Shown: positions 1 through 13,297, counted from the first letter of the stretch. The stretch: 64,000 nt of DNA from Hemiscyllium ocellatum (GCF_020745735.1 NC_083449.1:7662923-7726922), one strand, 5' to 3'. Numbers and translations: made by a program. The notes: generated by a model from the letters alone, not told the origin.

Positions 1-455
1 GAAGCCAAACACCATCCAGAGGCAACACAGCCCATGCTTGATTGGCACTGCATCCATCAACATCCACTCCCACCACCACTGGTGCTCAGTGGCAGCAGTG
101 TGTACCATCTATGAGATGCACTGCAGAAATTCAAAAATCCTCAGGCAATACCTTCCAAACCCACAACCACTTCCATCTCGAAGGGCAAGGACAGCAAATA
201 CATGAGAATACCACCTTCTGCAAGTTTCCCCCGAGCCACTCATCATCCCAACTTGGAAATATATCAGCTGTTCATTTAATGTTGCTGGGTCAACATCCTG
301 AATTCCCTCCTCTAATGGTATCGTGGGTCTACGTACAGCACAAGGACTGCAGTGGTTCAAGAAGGCAGCTCACTACCTCCTTCTCAAGGGGCCAATAAGG
401 GATGGATAATAAATTCTCAGCCCAGCCAGTGATTTCCACAACCCACAAGCGAACT
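1..455 (+). mobile_element. 3' end of a decayed non-LTR retrotransposon (CR1/L2-like clade)
   Basis: Tail 'cagtggttcaagaaggcagctcactacctccttctcaaggg...gggatgg' recurs at 42440-42650 and (reverse) at 45695-45755; recognised as a common shark LINE 3' end. Confidence 0.65.
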
Positions 456-1029
456 TAAAAACAAATAATAAAACACTACATGGGAATGTGCTTTGTGAAG
501 ATGTGGGCAGGCTGAACAAGTGGCAGACTAAATTACTTGGGGAGATATACAAAGTAATGCGTTCAGAGGAGTGGTCAGCACAGATATAAACTAAAGATTA
601 AAATTGGAATAATTGTTTCTTGCGAATCAGTCCGATTTATTTGCAAGCAGGTGAAACTGAATATTTACAGTAAAACTTTCCCATGTTCTTTCTCTCTTAT
701 TTTCTCCAGCTGATTCTTCCAACAGTTCCCGGCAGCACAGGTAAGTTAGTGAGGTGGTTAGCAGCTTTGAACAGCATTCAAACACTGTCCAAATGGTCTA
801 AAAATCACTCTGGAGTGCAAACACAGCAATTTTACATTTGTTAGACAAATAGGAACAAATGAACCGTTGTGTCTGACTCGTTTGCAAATTTAAAGCACAA
901 CAGTTCAAATTGAGGACACTCTCAATTTCCATTAGACACTGAACTGAGCTTTGGTCAGTCCCATCAGTGGTGAGGTTATTCATTGTAGTCAGAAGAATTG
1001 AATGCGAGAGAAAGTTCAGATTGTGTCAG

Positions 1030-1520
1030 TACAAAGGGATCAGGATGTCCTTGTGCATGAATCTCAAAGTAGTGTACAGCCACAGTGGGTCATAAGGAAG
1101 GCATTATTGCTAAAGAAATGGAGTATGAAATAAGGGAATTGTGACTGCAACTGGACAAGGTATTGGGATTTCCATGTCCAAACTACTGCATACAGGTTTG
1201 GTCCCCTTACTTGAGGAGGGATGTAGTTAAATTGGAGGGGGTTCAGAGGAGATTCGCTGAATTGATTGCCAAGATGAAAACTTAATCTTGTACAATTTTG
1301 ATCTCTTGAGGACAGATGCAGTTACACTGGAGGCAGTTCTGAAGAGATTCACTCAATTGTTTTCAGAAATGAAGACAGTCTTAGATGAAAGATTGAGCAA
1401 TTTCTCTGGAGTTTGGAAGAGAGGTGAACTAACTGAGGATTATAAGATGCTAAAGTGGGGATTGACAAAGGAGATGGAGATGGATGTTTGCTCATTTGGG
1501 AGAACCCAGAAAGAGAGGGT
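1030..1520 (+). mobile_element. Degenerate CR1 LINE RT C-terminal fragments
   Basis: Matches other CR1 copies in the window (cagtttggtcccct..., gttcagaggagattcac, gagaggtga). Confidence 0.7.
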
Positions 1521-1985
1521 ATTGTTTCAGGATAAGGGGCTGGGATATCCTGGGATTTGTCATGACTGTGTGGTGACAAAGTCACCAGTTGCAACAGGAG
1601 AGATCAAATAGTATAGATAAGAAAGTTGAAGTGAACTTAGCAGAGACCCTGTTGGATCTGATGGTTGAGACAAATCGGGAACAGATAGATGACAAAGCAG
1701 ACAGCTTTAGCTCAGATAAATTAACTGAGTTACAGCAGAAAGATGAAAATTTAAAGCAATTGTATCAAAAGGCATACAAAGAAAATAAATCCGAATATAT
1801 CCCTGCATGTTATTTCTTTAAAAATAATGTCTTCATGAGGAACTGGAGACTATACATATTCAGGCTAATGAGAAATGGGCAGAAGTTTATCAAGTTGTAA
1901 TGCCTGTGGGTTACAGAAAGGAGGTGTTGTGAGTAGCGCATCAGCTACCACTAGCAGGTCATTTAGGAGTGAGGAAAACTTAGAT
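1520..1985 (+). mobile_element. Gypsy/Ty3 LTR-retrotransposon pol fragment (integrase zinc-binding region)
   Basis: Frameshifted translation LTELQQKDENLKQLY...CYFFKNNVFMRNWR / QVVMPVGYRKEVL*VAHQLPLAGHLGVRKT, typical of the start of the integrase H2C2 domain. Confidence 0.8.
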
Positions 1986-2104
1986 TTTTGCAGAGATTGT
2001 TTGGAATTCACATTATTGAATTATCATCTCTGTATGTATCAACTATTCAGTAAAGGAGTAAGTCTGTATTTCTCAGTCAGAGACAAACTCCATGTAAATG
2101 TGCT

Positions 2105-2360
2105 TCATCCGAGCTGGAGGATTTGAGCTAGAGGGAGAGGCTGAATGGCTGGAGCTGTTTTCTCTGGAGAGGGACCTTTTATGGAGGTTCATAAAATCAT
2201 GAGGGGCATGGATAAGTAGTAGAGATCTGGATGGGTGTATAAATAGGAATGGTTTAGAGGGATATGGGCCAAGTGCTGGCAAGTGGGACTGGATTAGGTT
2301 AGGATGAGTTGAAACAAAAGGTCTGTTTTGATGCTGTACACCTCTATAATTCGATGACTT
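2105..2360 (+). mobile_element. CR1 (HER1-like) LINE 3' fragment
   Basis: gagaggctgaatggctgg...ggtttagagggatatgggccaagtgctggcaagtggg tail shared with other copies. Confidence 0.8.
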
Positions 2361-2574
2361 TTTGCTCACCAGCAGGATAGGAGTTACTAGTTTCCTTCCA
2401 TCTCTCTACTTAGCAGCTACCTCATAGAAGATTGTTGAAACTATGTAACAGTATGATCTATTTGTTTATCTTCATTGTAACTTTGAAAATGCTCTTATTA
2501 AATTAAGAATTTAATGCTCTTCCTATTTTGGATGAGGATGACGATCTATCTTATAACTGGTGTATCTGCTGTTT

Positions 2575-2646
2575 GCTCGAGGCATCTGGTTACACTTCGC
2601 CTTGAACTGAGGAAGTATTATAGTGTCTTAGTCCTTCACGTATTTG
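2575..2646 (-). pseudogene. Decayed exon 2 of the multi-copy spliced module (copy A)
   Basis: Homologous to 18373-18454; acceptor AG lost, in-frame TAA, donor GT changed to AT. Confidence 0.6.
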
Positions 2647-3010
2647 AAGGAAGACAGAGAGACGCCACTATAAATCAGCATGAGGTGATTCTGGCAGTAT
2701 TGAACTGATCAACGTCACATTCGTTGCACATTCATTAGGATGTGTTTTTTTTCTTTAAACCCAGCAAATTAAACAGAACCATGGATCTGATTGCATTATT
2801 TCACTGAGCTGCTCCTTGTCTGGGGATTGTGTTTGTTTTTCATATAATTCTGTATCAATTGAGTGAGATCTAGAAACTGAGCAATGGGACGACTCGCCAC
2901 CCGGATACTAACACAGTTCAATATCCAACTCCCAAGTCACTACCTGTTGGAGGGAGGAAAAACGGCGTTATATCTAATGTTTTTACCAAGACCTCAGTGT
3001 ATGTCATGGT

Positions 3011-3270
3011 GGGCGGCACGGTGGCACAGTGGTTAGCATTGCTGCCTCACAGCGCCTGTAGACCCGGGTTCAATTCCCGACTCAGGCGACTGACTGTGTG
3101 GAGTTTGCACGTTCTCCCCGTGTCTGCGTGGGTTTCCTCCGGGTGCTCCGGTTTCCTCCCACAGTCCAAAAGATGTAAATGTAGGGGTATGGGTGGGTTG
3201 CGCTTCGGCGGGTCGGTGTGGACTTGTTGGGCCGAAGGGCCTGTTTCCACACTGTAAGTCTAATCTAAAA
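3011..3270 (+). mobile_element. HE1-type tRNA-derived V-SINE
   Basis: A box tggcacagtggttagc, B box ggttcaattcc, V-domain tgtggagtttgcacgttctccccgtgtctgcgtggg, taatct tail. Confidence 0.92.
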
Positions 3271-3394
3271 CCGGAGTATCACAGTCCTACAGTCGGTCTC
3301 CGATTCCGCTATTGACTGCACAATTTCAACAAACAGCGGGAAACAGAATGAAATTTCAGTAATGTTCAGAGAATTGTAAACCACAAAAATATCC

Positions 3395-3742
3395 CAGAGC
3401 AGTGTCTTCACGCTCTGCCTCCCTCAGCAGCCCCATATACAGCCCGAGGAAGGCCTCTTCCGAAGAAGCCTGCTCACTCCAACCAGCTTCTGCTCCGCTC
3501 GGCCTCTTACAAACAGCCCCCGGTTCTCCCTGAACTCACCCCGAATCAATCCCGGTCTCGGAGCCCCCTCTGTGTCCCAGGCTCCCATCCCGATGTGCTG
3601 CTGGAAGGAGCCTGCTGTTCCCTCGCTTCCCTGGGCGCTGATCTCTCCATTGCGGTCTGTTTCAAACAAACCTCTTGCACTCACTGAGTAAATGCTCCTC
3701 AATGGCAGCGCTGGGGGAGGGCCTCACGTATGTGCTCCTCAG
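3395..3742 (-). other. Conserved GC-rich promoter/exon-1 module, copy A (head-to-head with H4)
   Basis: Near-identical to 25535-25885 and to the reverse complement of 43280-43650; donor GTGAGT at 3539-3534. Confidence 0.75.
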
Positions 3743-3845
3743 CTTTTGGGGAGAAAAGGTTTAGTTCCAGATACAGTTGGGGCTGGAGTGAGCTGGATGA
3801 TCACAGACTCTGTTCCCTGCTCTATCTGTCACTTAGTTTCCTCTC

Positions 3846-3912
3846 CGGACCCACCTCTCACTCTCTGTCAGCTCCTTCTCAGACAGATCGGGCCGGCCTG
3901 TATATAAAAAAA
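3846..3912 (+). promoter_or_regulatory. H4 promoter: CGGACC (HiNF-P-like, reverse GGTCCG) and TATA box
   Basis: CGGACC at 3846-3851; TATATAAAAA at 3901, ~60 bp upstream of the ATG. Confidence 0.7.
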
Positions 3913-3952
3913 ACGACTCAGCTCGGCTCTCATTCGGCAGCGATTGGATTGA

Positions 3953-4264
<312 letters not shown>

Positions 4265-4296
4265 GGATAAAGCGACCCTTTTCCAGCGAACCCAAA

Positions 4297-4337
4297 GGCT
4301 CTTTTCAGAGCCACCCAAACCCTCTGATAGAGAGCGG
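4297..4337 (+). terminator. Histone 3' stem-loop and purine-rich HDE (H4)
   Basis: GGCTCTTTTCAGAGCC 4297-4312 followed by ACCCA, then ATAGAGAGCGG. Confidence 0.95.
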
Positions 4338-4629
4338 AGACCTGAGGACGGGGAAAACGCACGACGAGGGGATTGCTACTGTCGTCGGTTATTTCGCGTT
4401 TATCGCAACTTTTACAATTACTTCTCTTCCGAAAATGTACTAATACCGTGTTCTGCGGTATGGCAGAGAACATTCGGAGTGGTCGGTTCACGTTGTTGCT
4501 GTTTACCGTGGCGAATGATTTTAACATTGCAAGCATTCCTCTAGTGCAGATAAGAGGCTATTCGGCCAATCGAGACTCTACTGTTGAGCAACCTGGTTAT
4601 TCCATGTAAAGAATCGCATCGTAACTTGT

Positions 4630-4775
4630 AATTGTAAGATGTAGCAGCTGTATTAGGCCATTCTGCCCATCCAGCTTGTTCTGCCATTCGATCATGGCTG
4701 ATTTTTCTCAAACATATTCTTGTGCCTGCTCCCCGTAACCTTCGATCCTCTTTCTCGTGAATACCTGTCCATGTC
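4630..4775 (-). mobile_element. CR1 LINE 3' tail fragment
   Basis: taggccattctgccc...gatcatggctgat, same tail as 37615-37950. Confidence 0.7.
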
Positions 4776-5194
4776 AGTAATGATGTCAATGTGTTCTTGG
4801 CTGTCCGTGCCGTGAATAATAATTTGTTTTTATTGATTGTGGAACCCAGACATTGTTACATATTACAGTATTTATATTTCCCAGTAATAATCTGGTTGAA
4901 ATAAAAATGTCATAAATGAAATAAAGTGTGGTTCTGTAATTTTGTCGATGTACACTGTTTTAGCTTTTAAGATGTTTCAATCGGCGGGCTTTCGATTGAT
5001 TCACGGCGGATACAAGGTCGCTTGCTTATCCAGAGAGAGCAGGAAGTGATAGGGGACATTAGTACTGTATTTCTATCGAAAGTTAGTTAAAACCAAAAAC
5101 GGAAGGCAGCGGCAGTGAATTTGCAACTAATGAGATCTTAATTCAGGGACTGCGGAAATATAGCAATTAGAAGAGTGATTTTCACATCAAATTT

Positions 5195-5365
5195 TGGTAT
5201 TGGGTTGGATATTTCTGGAAAATCCCCATCTCCTCATTGACTCCCTTTGCGTTAACATGGCTTGAGGTAAGGTGGAAGCAGGAGAGAAAAGGGGGAAAAA
5301 AATGGCGCCAAGAGACCAAAGGGTTATTTTCTAATTTGAAAATGCCCGCCATCAGGTATAAAAGA
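5195..5365. promoter_or_regulatory. Orphan histone-promoter-like module (YY1/E2F AAAATGGCGCC, TTTGAAAATGCCCGCC)
   Basis: Homologous to 34710-34870 (reverse) and shares motifs with H2A/H3 upstream regions. Confidence 0.5.
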
Positions 5366-5860
5366 GCAGGAGGTTATACAGAGGAGAATACATGAGTACG
5401 TTCACGTTGATTGGTTGTTCGATTGCGAAACTAAACTTCACACAATCTCACTTTACCACATTCCCTCCTTTTACAGCTGAAAAATGACTGACTGCTGTTG
5501 AACACGCTCTCTCTCCAGTGGCTGGCGAAAATAAGAGTAGATATGAACCTAGCAGATAACAAATTATAGAGGTGTATGCTGCAGACAGTGGGAGGATCCA
5601 GCTCTTACTGATGTGGTTAAAGGAAACGTGAAGCCAAACCCGATCGGGAACACCCGTGACACTATTCTAAATTCATAGAACTTTGATCAAACATAAAGAT
5701 CACTCAGGCAGTGACCGTGCAATGAGAAATAATGTCGTTCCAGACACTCTTACAATCGTGTTCAATGATATAATCTTCCTCTGCTGCCACAGACAGCAAC
5801 AGTATCCAATAAAAAGGAGATAGAAATGTAGCGATGTTAGGTATAACGGCCAGGGCTCTA

Positions 5861-6355
<495 letters not shown>

Positions 6356-6439
6356 TCACAAGCACTTTTACAGAGAATGCTGTAATCCCCACCACATTGC
6401 GGTCTCTCACAGTTTCTGGAGAAATGATACGGCGGACAT

Positions 6440-6610
6440 TTCGCATTGGTCAGCATCTCCTAATGTTGTTTCAATTCCCAATCAGATATCTGCCTCATTC
6501 CCCAATCCGGAGAGGGCCCGGGGAGGAGGGCGGAAAGTACCGGCGCCAAATCATCAACCGCCTTCTTTCCAATTTGAAAAGCCCGCCAATTTACAAACAA
6601 AGGAGAACCT
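6440..6610 (-). promoter_or_regulatory. H2A upstream module (CCAAT boxes, GC box, E2F-like TTTGGCGCC, GGCGGG-TTTCAAA)
   Basis: Conserved with 13775-13935. Confidence 0.7.
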
Positions 6611-6697
6611 GAAAAATGAAGTTCAAAAACAACGAGTACACATGTGTACTTCACACGGTCTTACTCTCCCTCATTTGCCGAACTGTATCTGTCCATT

Positions 6698-6828
6698 AGG
6701 AGAAAGTGAGGACTGCAGATGCTGGAGATCAGAGCTGAAAAATGTGTTGCTGGAAAAGCGCAGCAAGTCAGGCAGCATCAAAGGAGCAGGAGAATCGGCG
6801 TTTCGGGCATTAGCCCTTCTTCAGGAAC
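6698..6828. mobile_element. Short Penelope-derived element with 15-bp TSD
   Basis: ctgtatctgtccatt at 6683-6697 and 6829-6843; empty site in the paralogous spacer near 14030. Confidence 0.8.
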
Positions 6829-7456
6829 CTGTATCTGTCCATTTCTGATCTTGAGACTGGGTTATTTTCTGAAGCTTGAGAAGGAGCTGGAACAAAACAA
6901 ACCCTGCAGTCTGCTACCTATCTTTTCTTTTCACATTTCAATACCACCTCGAAATGCTGATAAAGCAGCATACAACATTCTTCCGGCTCAGCATCGAAGT
7001 CAAACACGTTTTTTAAGACGATATTTTAAAGCTGTCCTCCCATTATCGCCCTCTATTAGATTCAGCAAAAGCTCCACGCTTCAGTCCGGTAGGTGTATTG
7101 GTGTTCTCTCGGTTCGCTTTGAAAGTCTCTCATCGACAGCAGGAAGCTTTATTTTGCATTGCGAAAAATCGGATCAAACCCGCACATTGGAAATGTAAAG
7201 TAAATCAGAAGGTAAAATGTATCTATCGTGGGACGGAAAGACGTGGGCATCTGTCTGCCAGAGTTGAACGAGCAACATGAAAAATTACTCACTGGCGCCT
7301 GATCTGCTCTCCACCCCACTGCCAAATAATTTGCATAGCACTTATTGACAAAAACATATAGCACAAAAAGTTAAAACGCCTTATTAGGAATCACATGCAA
7401 ACTAAAACAAACAATTCTTAAAGAAATGGTTCCGCTGTCTCAAGAAGGTTGTGGGT

Positions 7457-7472
7457 GGCTCTTATAAGAGCC
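7457..7472 (-). terminator. Histone stem-loop of H2B (loop UAUA)
   Basis: GGCTCTTATAAGAGCC followed by ACCCA. Confidence 0.93.
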
Positions 7473-7513
7473 TTTGGGTTGTGGATGTGTTTGTTTCAGT
7501 GCAGTGCGGTCCT

Positions 7514-7894
7514 TCACTTGGAGCTGGTGTACTTGGTCACCGCCTTTGTGCCCTCCGACACGGCGTGCTTGGCCAGCTCCCCGGGCAGCAGCAGCCGCAC
7601 GGCGGTCTGGATCTCCCGGGAGCTGATGGTGCTGCGCTTGTTGTAATGGGCCAGGCGGGAAGCCTCCCCCGCGATGCGCTCGAAAATATCGTTGACGAAA
7701 GAGTTCATGATGCTCATGGCCTTGGAGGAGATGCCAGTGTCGGGGTGAACCTGCTTCATCACTTTGTAGATGTAGATGGAGTAACTTTCTTTCCTGGACC
7801 GCTTCCTCTTCTTACCGCCCTTCGGTGGCGCCTTCTTAATGATTTTCTTCGCGCCCTTCTTGGAGGTTTGCTGTGCTTTCTTCTCATCAGCCAT
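7514..7894 (-). CDS. H2B: Histone H2B (126 aa)
   Basis: [17 protein letters not shown]...[26 protein letters not shown]...TKYTSSK; TATA 7941-7948; stem-loop. Confidence 0.96.
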   Translation of the reverse strand: MADEKKAQQTSKKGAKKIIKKAPPKGGKKRKRSRKESYSIYIYKVMKQVHPDTGISSKAMSIMNSFVNDIFERIAGEASRLAHYNKRSTISSREIQTAVRLLLPGELAKHAVSEGTKAVTKYTSSK

Positions 7895-7940
7895 CGTCCT
7901 GCTCTCTTTCAGAAACAGAATTAGTGGGCTCGGAGCTCCC

Positions 7941-8051
7941 TTTTTATAGACTGACGACGTCATCAATGCTAATGAGGGATGGGGGAAAGCCTGGTTTCTG
8001 ATTGGGAATGATTCCGTGTAAGCTACCCAAACATTGAGTCTCTCTGATTGG
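7941..8051 (-). promoter_or_regulatory. H2B promoter: TATA, CRE-like TGACGTC, octamer-variant H2B box CTCATTAGCAT, two CCAAT
   Basis: TATAAAAA 7948-7941; ATGCTAATGAG 7966-7976; CTGATTGG at 7998 and 8044. Confidence 0.8.
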
Positions 8052-8887
8052 TTAGTGTGAGATCCCATGAGGCTCTGCAACGAAATGTGAAGTGGATGGT
8101 GATTCTGTTCCTGTCAGTCTGACTGAGGGAGATTTGTTTTGTGTCTGTGACACAGAAAGTGACTGTGGTATTGGCTTGGTTTCCTTTTGCTCGTTGTTGT
8201 GCTGATGTGTTTCTCGCTCCGCACGTCTGTTTCTGTTCCTCTGTATTGGCTGGAATTAACACAAAACTTATCACTGTGTGAAAAAAAACTCATCCATTCG
8301 AAATAGCGATTATATTTGTTCTCAAGTTACACAAACGACTGGAACCTGAGTGTGAATGCTTTCTCCACTTGGGGTTGATGCAACTTGTTCTCAATTGCAC
8401 GGAGCTGCAGAGAAATGAGAAGAAAAAGTTTCTATGTAATACTTTTCTTGAGTCACGAGTTGAGTCACGTCTTGACTGTGGGATGAAGATATTTCTGTGA
8501 CCTTGACTGATAACTGTGGGCTCAGAGACCTATCGATAACTGTGTGCTTTGAAAGTCCTTGCAGTGTAACTGAACCACGTTGCTGCACTTTTCATTTAGG
8601 CATCTTTCAGTTTCATTTAGGGACTTAGAACACTTCTCAGTCTTACACGAATATCTGTTAACAAGCAACTGTTAGCATGCTATATATATGCGTCACTTTA
8701 ACTTTATATCCGTCGTGTCCTAATTTACACATTTTGCTCAACATCTGTCCAATGAGGCTCTGGTCCTCCTCTCATAGTCAGTGTTATTTCAAGACGGGTT
8801 TTATTCTGTAACCATCAAACACTGATGTGAGCGGTAAACGTTACACTATTTGCCAGCCACTTAGAAATATTCCTCCAATCTGTGCCC

Positions 8888-9033
8888 CCAGGAGAAAGTG
8901 AGAACTGCAGATGCTGGGGATCAGAGGCTTATGCCCAAAACGTCGAGATGAAGGGCTTCTGCTTGAAACATCGATTCTCCTGTCCCTCGGATGCTGCCTG
9001 ACCTGCTGTGCTTTTCCAGCACCACACTCTCGA
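8888..9033. mobile_element. Penelope-derived palindromic element with 15-bp TSD
   Basis: ctccaatctgtgccc at 8873-8887 and 9034-9048; tgcagatgctgg / gatgctgcctgacctgctgtgcttttccagc family. Confidence 0.75.
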
Positions 9034-9457
9034 CTCCAATCTGTGCCCGTCTGTTTCTGGGATGTATTTTATGTAAATTCTATTTCACAGTCTTAACATG
9101 TTACTGGATTATAACTCAAACCTTCTGAAGTGTACCTTGTTGCTTTACTCTGTCGGTGTCAATTTTGAAAGTACCAGATACCACTTTGGACAGACTCAGG
9201 TAGGACTCACTACCCTCCATCCCAAACCCTATGAATATCAGCTTCTGCAAAGTGAAGTTGGGTTTGTATTTATAAGTGCAGCATTTTGATAAAGGATAAT
9301 ACTTTGTACATTGTTACTGACAATATCTACAATGTCACTGCGGATGTTACATTGTTTATACCAGTTTCTAGCTAATCAATAGTTGTATTATATCCTAACA
9401 ATTTATTGCTTTGCAAGTGACTCAGTATTTCATTCTGTAACTGTCAGTTTGTTATTT

Positions 9458-9787
9458 CAAACAGGCCCTTCGGCCCAACTAGTCCACACCGACCCGCCGA
9501 AGCGTAACCCACCCATACCCCTACATTTACCCCTTACCTACCCACAGCCCTAACCTAACACTACGGGCAATTTAGCATGGCCAATTCACCTGACCTGCAC
9601 ATCTTTGGACTGTGGGAGGAAACCGGAGCACCCGGAGGAAACCCACGCAGACACGGGGAGAACGTGCAAACTCCACACAGTCAGTCACCTGAGGCGGGAA
9701 TTGAACCCAGGTCTCTGGCGCTGTGAGGCAGCAGTGCTAACCACTGTGCCACCCGTGCCACCCGCCCGTTATGCCACCGTGCTGCCC
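9458..9787 (-). mobile_element. HE1-type SINE
   Basis: Reverse complement of 3011-3270; duplicated head. Confidence 0.9.
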
Positions 9788-10339
9788 GTAACTTATAACT
9801 AAATCGATCAGTATGTGATCTGTGAGCACACACATATCAGTAAGTTAAAGAAAAAGTGTATGGTGAATGATGCTGCAGATACAGTGTCTCTGCTGTAGTT
9901 ATTAATTTCTTTCAATCTTGTGTCACTTGAAATACCTCAAAGCAGAACACCATAAGAAGCATGGGAATTCTGTGACATTTCTAACTACCTGCGTGTACTT
10001 TGTCATGAGAACAGATCACAAAGTCTTTAGTTATGGTCTTCATCTCATTTTGATGTTTAGTGCCCATAACCAAAGACTCCCTTATGTATCAAAAAAGATA
10101 TATGGCTACATGAGCATAAATTAAGCTGATAACTCAACCCTAACTGCTCTCTGTGGAACAGAAAAAAGGGGAGAATATTCTGTATTGCTTTCTTAGACAG
10201 AAGGCTTCCTGCTCAAAACTGTGTCCCTTACTCGGGATTCTCTCATGAGCAGTGACATACTCCCAGCATCAACTGTCAACTCTCTTCAGATCATTTGTTT
10301 TTTCCTCTAACAGTCTTCAAAACTCCAATGAGAATGCAC

Positions 10340-11420
10340 CCAACCATTTTATACTTACAATGAGAGCCTATGTGTCAATCTGCAGCTCTAAGCTTCTGCT
10401 ATGTGAATATGTGAGGACAGGTATCACCCTCTCCCAGTAAGATTCAGCTACGTGCATACTTGAGTGAAGTTATCACTCTATATCTGTTGGTTTCTACTGT
10501 GTGAATATGACAGTTTCTGGACTGTAAATGTGATAGATAATCAATTGTCCATGTCAGTTTCTGCATTGTTAAAATGTGAACGCAGTTATCAATGTCAACC
10601 TGCCATCTTCTGCTAAGTGAACATGTGGGGGTCCATATTGAAATATACCTGTTGCTTTCAGTGAGAGGAACACATGAGTTTAGTTACCATTTTTTCCCTG
10701 TCAGTTTCTTCAATGTGAATGCATTGGTGTAGTTATCCATCTGTACTGATGAAGGGCTTTTAAACAAAACTTCGATTCTTCTGTTCCTTGGGTGCTTCCC
10801 AACCTGCTGTGCTTTTCCAGCACCACACCCACTAACCTCCAGCATCTGCAGTCCTTACCTTTGCCTATCCATTTGCACCTGTCAGTTTCTGATCTGTGAA
10901 TATGGAAGTGTAGTTATAGATCTGTCCATCAGTTTCTGTAATTTGAATATGACTGACTAGTTATCTATCTCTCTGTTAGTTTCTGTGATGTGAAGTTGAC
11001 GGTCCAATTATCTATCTGCCCCTGTCAGATTCTGCTGTGTGAATATGAGAGTGTCATTACCAGTCTCTACCTGTCAGCTTTTGCGATGTCAATGTGATTT
11101 TAGTTATCAATCTGCCCCATTAGGTTCTAGTTAAATGTAAAAATATAATTATCAATATATACCTGTGAGATTCTGCTCTGGGAATGTGGGTGTGTTATCA
11201 AAATGTACCTGTCAGTTTCTGCAATGTGAATGTTTGAGTGCAGATTTCAATCTGTACTTGACAGTTTCTGCAATGCAAATGTGTTTGTGCTATCATCAGT
11301 CTATCCCTGACAGCTTCAACTATATGAATGGATGAGTGCATCTGTACCTGAAAGTATCTGTACCTGTCAGTTTGTGCTCTGTGACTGAGTGAGTGTACTT
11401 ATATATTTGTCTCTGTTTAA
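10340..11420. repeat. Degenerate ~49-bp tandem array
   Basis: Unit ~gtgtagttatcaatctgtacctgtcagtttctgctatgtgaatatgaga; interrupted by a Penelope-derived insert at 10745-10865. Confidence 0.85.
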
Positions 11421-11509
11421 CATGACACTTGCAGAAACTGCAGGAGCTCTATTTACTTCAAATCCCTGTTGCTCAACATGAATAAGATTTTACCTATTGC
11501 CAACCATGT

Positions 11510-11846
11510 CAGGGTGGCATGGTGGCACAGTGGTGCCAGTGACACACATTAAATTCCAGCCTTGGTTCATTATCTGTGTGCAGTTTGCACATTCTGCATG
11601 TGTCTGCATGCGTTTCCTCTGAGTGCTCTAGTTTCTTTGCATGGTCCAAACATGTGCAGGTTTGCTGGATTAGCCATGGTAAATTGTCCTGTATTATTCA
11701 AGGATGTGCAGTGGCAGTGGGCTAACTAGAGTAAACTTGGAGTTATGGGGATAGGGTGAGGTCTACACATGCGTGGGATCTGCTTTGGAGAGGATTGTTG
11801 CAAGGGGATGGGCCAAATTACCTTATCTGCACTGGAGAAATTCTAT
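11510..11846 (+). mobile_element. Old HE1-type SINE
   Basis: ggtggcacagtgg...tttgcacattct...gtccaaa, diverged. Confidence 0.8.
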
Positions 11847-12099
11847 GTACTGTAAATGAAAGTGAGACTTTTTCTATCATTGTCAGTCTCGACAGTGTAA
11901 AGCAATTTAGATAATTTCCACAGCGTTTATTCAATGGAACAGTTTATGATTGTATGTTATATTCTGCATCTGTATTTTGAATTTATTGTTCACATGTTTA
12001 TAACCAGACCACCTCATGAGAGCTTTCTCACTCTGTGTCCAATAACTCTGGGTACCTATGTGAATGCATACCTTTTCATATCAATATTTGATTTCCTTT

Positions 12100-13200
12100 T
12101 GGACAGGCATGCTGCTTTGGAAAGTTTTGGGGCTGATGGCTGCTTATGCTATGTTGCCCTGAGAATTCAAATTTATGGTATTGAGGCAGGCTGTAATGCA
12201 ACGAGGGGTACGTCAGCTTCCAAGAGATCAATTGTGTTCGATTATTCTGTAGTCCGAGGTACAGACAGACGTTTCTGTGCTCAGAAGCAATAAAGCAGAA
12301 TGTTGTGTTGGTTCCCTGGTGCCAGGATCAAGGATGTCTCAGAGAAGGTACAGAATGTTCTCATGGGGGAAGAGGGGCCAGCAAGAGGTCATTGTGTCCA
12401 CATAGGAACCAATGACATAGGAAGGGAAAAGGTTGAGATTGTGAAGGGAAATCACAGAGAGTTAGGCAGAAATTTAAAAAGGAGGTTACTCCCAGTGCTA
12501 CAAGCTAGTGAGGGCAGGAATAGGAGGATAGAGCAGATGAATGCATGGCTGAGGAGCTGGTGTATGGGGGAAGGATTCACATTTTTGGATCATTGGAATC
12601 TCTTTTGAGGTACAAGTGACCTGTACAAGAAGGATGAATTGCACCTAAATTGGAAGAGGACTAATATACTGACAGGGAAATTTGCCAGAGCTGCTTGGGA
12701 GAATTTAAACAGATAAGATCATTTCTTTTTGTGGCTAGTTGATGTTCATGTATCCTGGTGGCTAGCTTTCTGCCTGTAAAGTGGTTGTGGGGGGTGGTGG
12801 GACCCAGGGAAATAGAGAGGAAAGAGATCAGACTGAGTCTGGTCCAGTTGAGAACAGAAGTGAGGCAAGCAAGCAGGGACAAGGTAGGAGTAATAAATTA
12901 AACTGCAATTAAACTTCCCCTAACAGGGAAGGCAGATGAACTCAGGACATGGTTAGGAATATGGGACTGTGATATCACAGCAATTACAGAAACATGGCTC
13001 AGGGATGGGCAGGACTGGCAGTTTAATGTTCCAGGATACAAGTACTACAGGAAGGACAGAAAGGGAAGCAAGAGAGGAGGAGGAGTGGCATCTTTGATAG
13101 CATGACAGCTGGGTCGAGGGAGGATATTCCTGGAAATACATCCAGGTAAGTTATTTGGGTGGAACTGAGAAATAAGATAGGGATAATCACCTTATTGGGA
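12100..13200 (+). mobile_element. CR1 LINE 5' part (ORF1 SGNH esterase and start of APE endonuclease)
   Basis: FPGARIKDV...HIGTNDIGR...NAWLRSWC...FLDHW; DITAITETWL; truncated just downstream of the H2A 3' end. Confidence 0.88.
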
Positions 13201-13251
13201 TTGCATCCCGACAGACGGGAGTGTTCAGCTCCTTTCACAGATGCTGTGAAT

Positions 13252-13267
13252 GGCTCTTAAAAGAGCC
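13252..13267 (-). terminator. Histone stem-loop of H2A (loop UUUA)
   Basis: GGCTCTTTTAAGAGCC; HDE GAAAGGAGCTG. Confidence 0.93.
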
Positions 13268-13297
13268 TTTGGGTTGTCAGATTCAAGACTACTACCT

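Noticed and set aside
3011-3085. tRNA genes
   Set aside because: A/B boxes belong to SINE heads; no full cloverleaf
7895-8080. N-terminal extensions of H2B, H2A, H3 and H4 in the ORF track
   Set aside because: They start at non-ATG codons and/or upstream of the TATA box; the canonical ATGs were used
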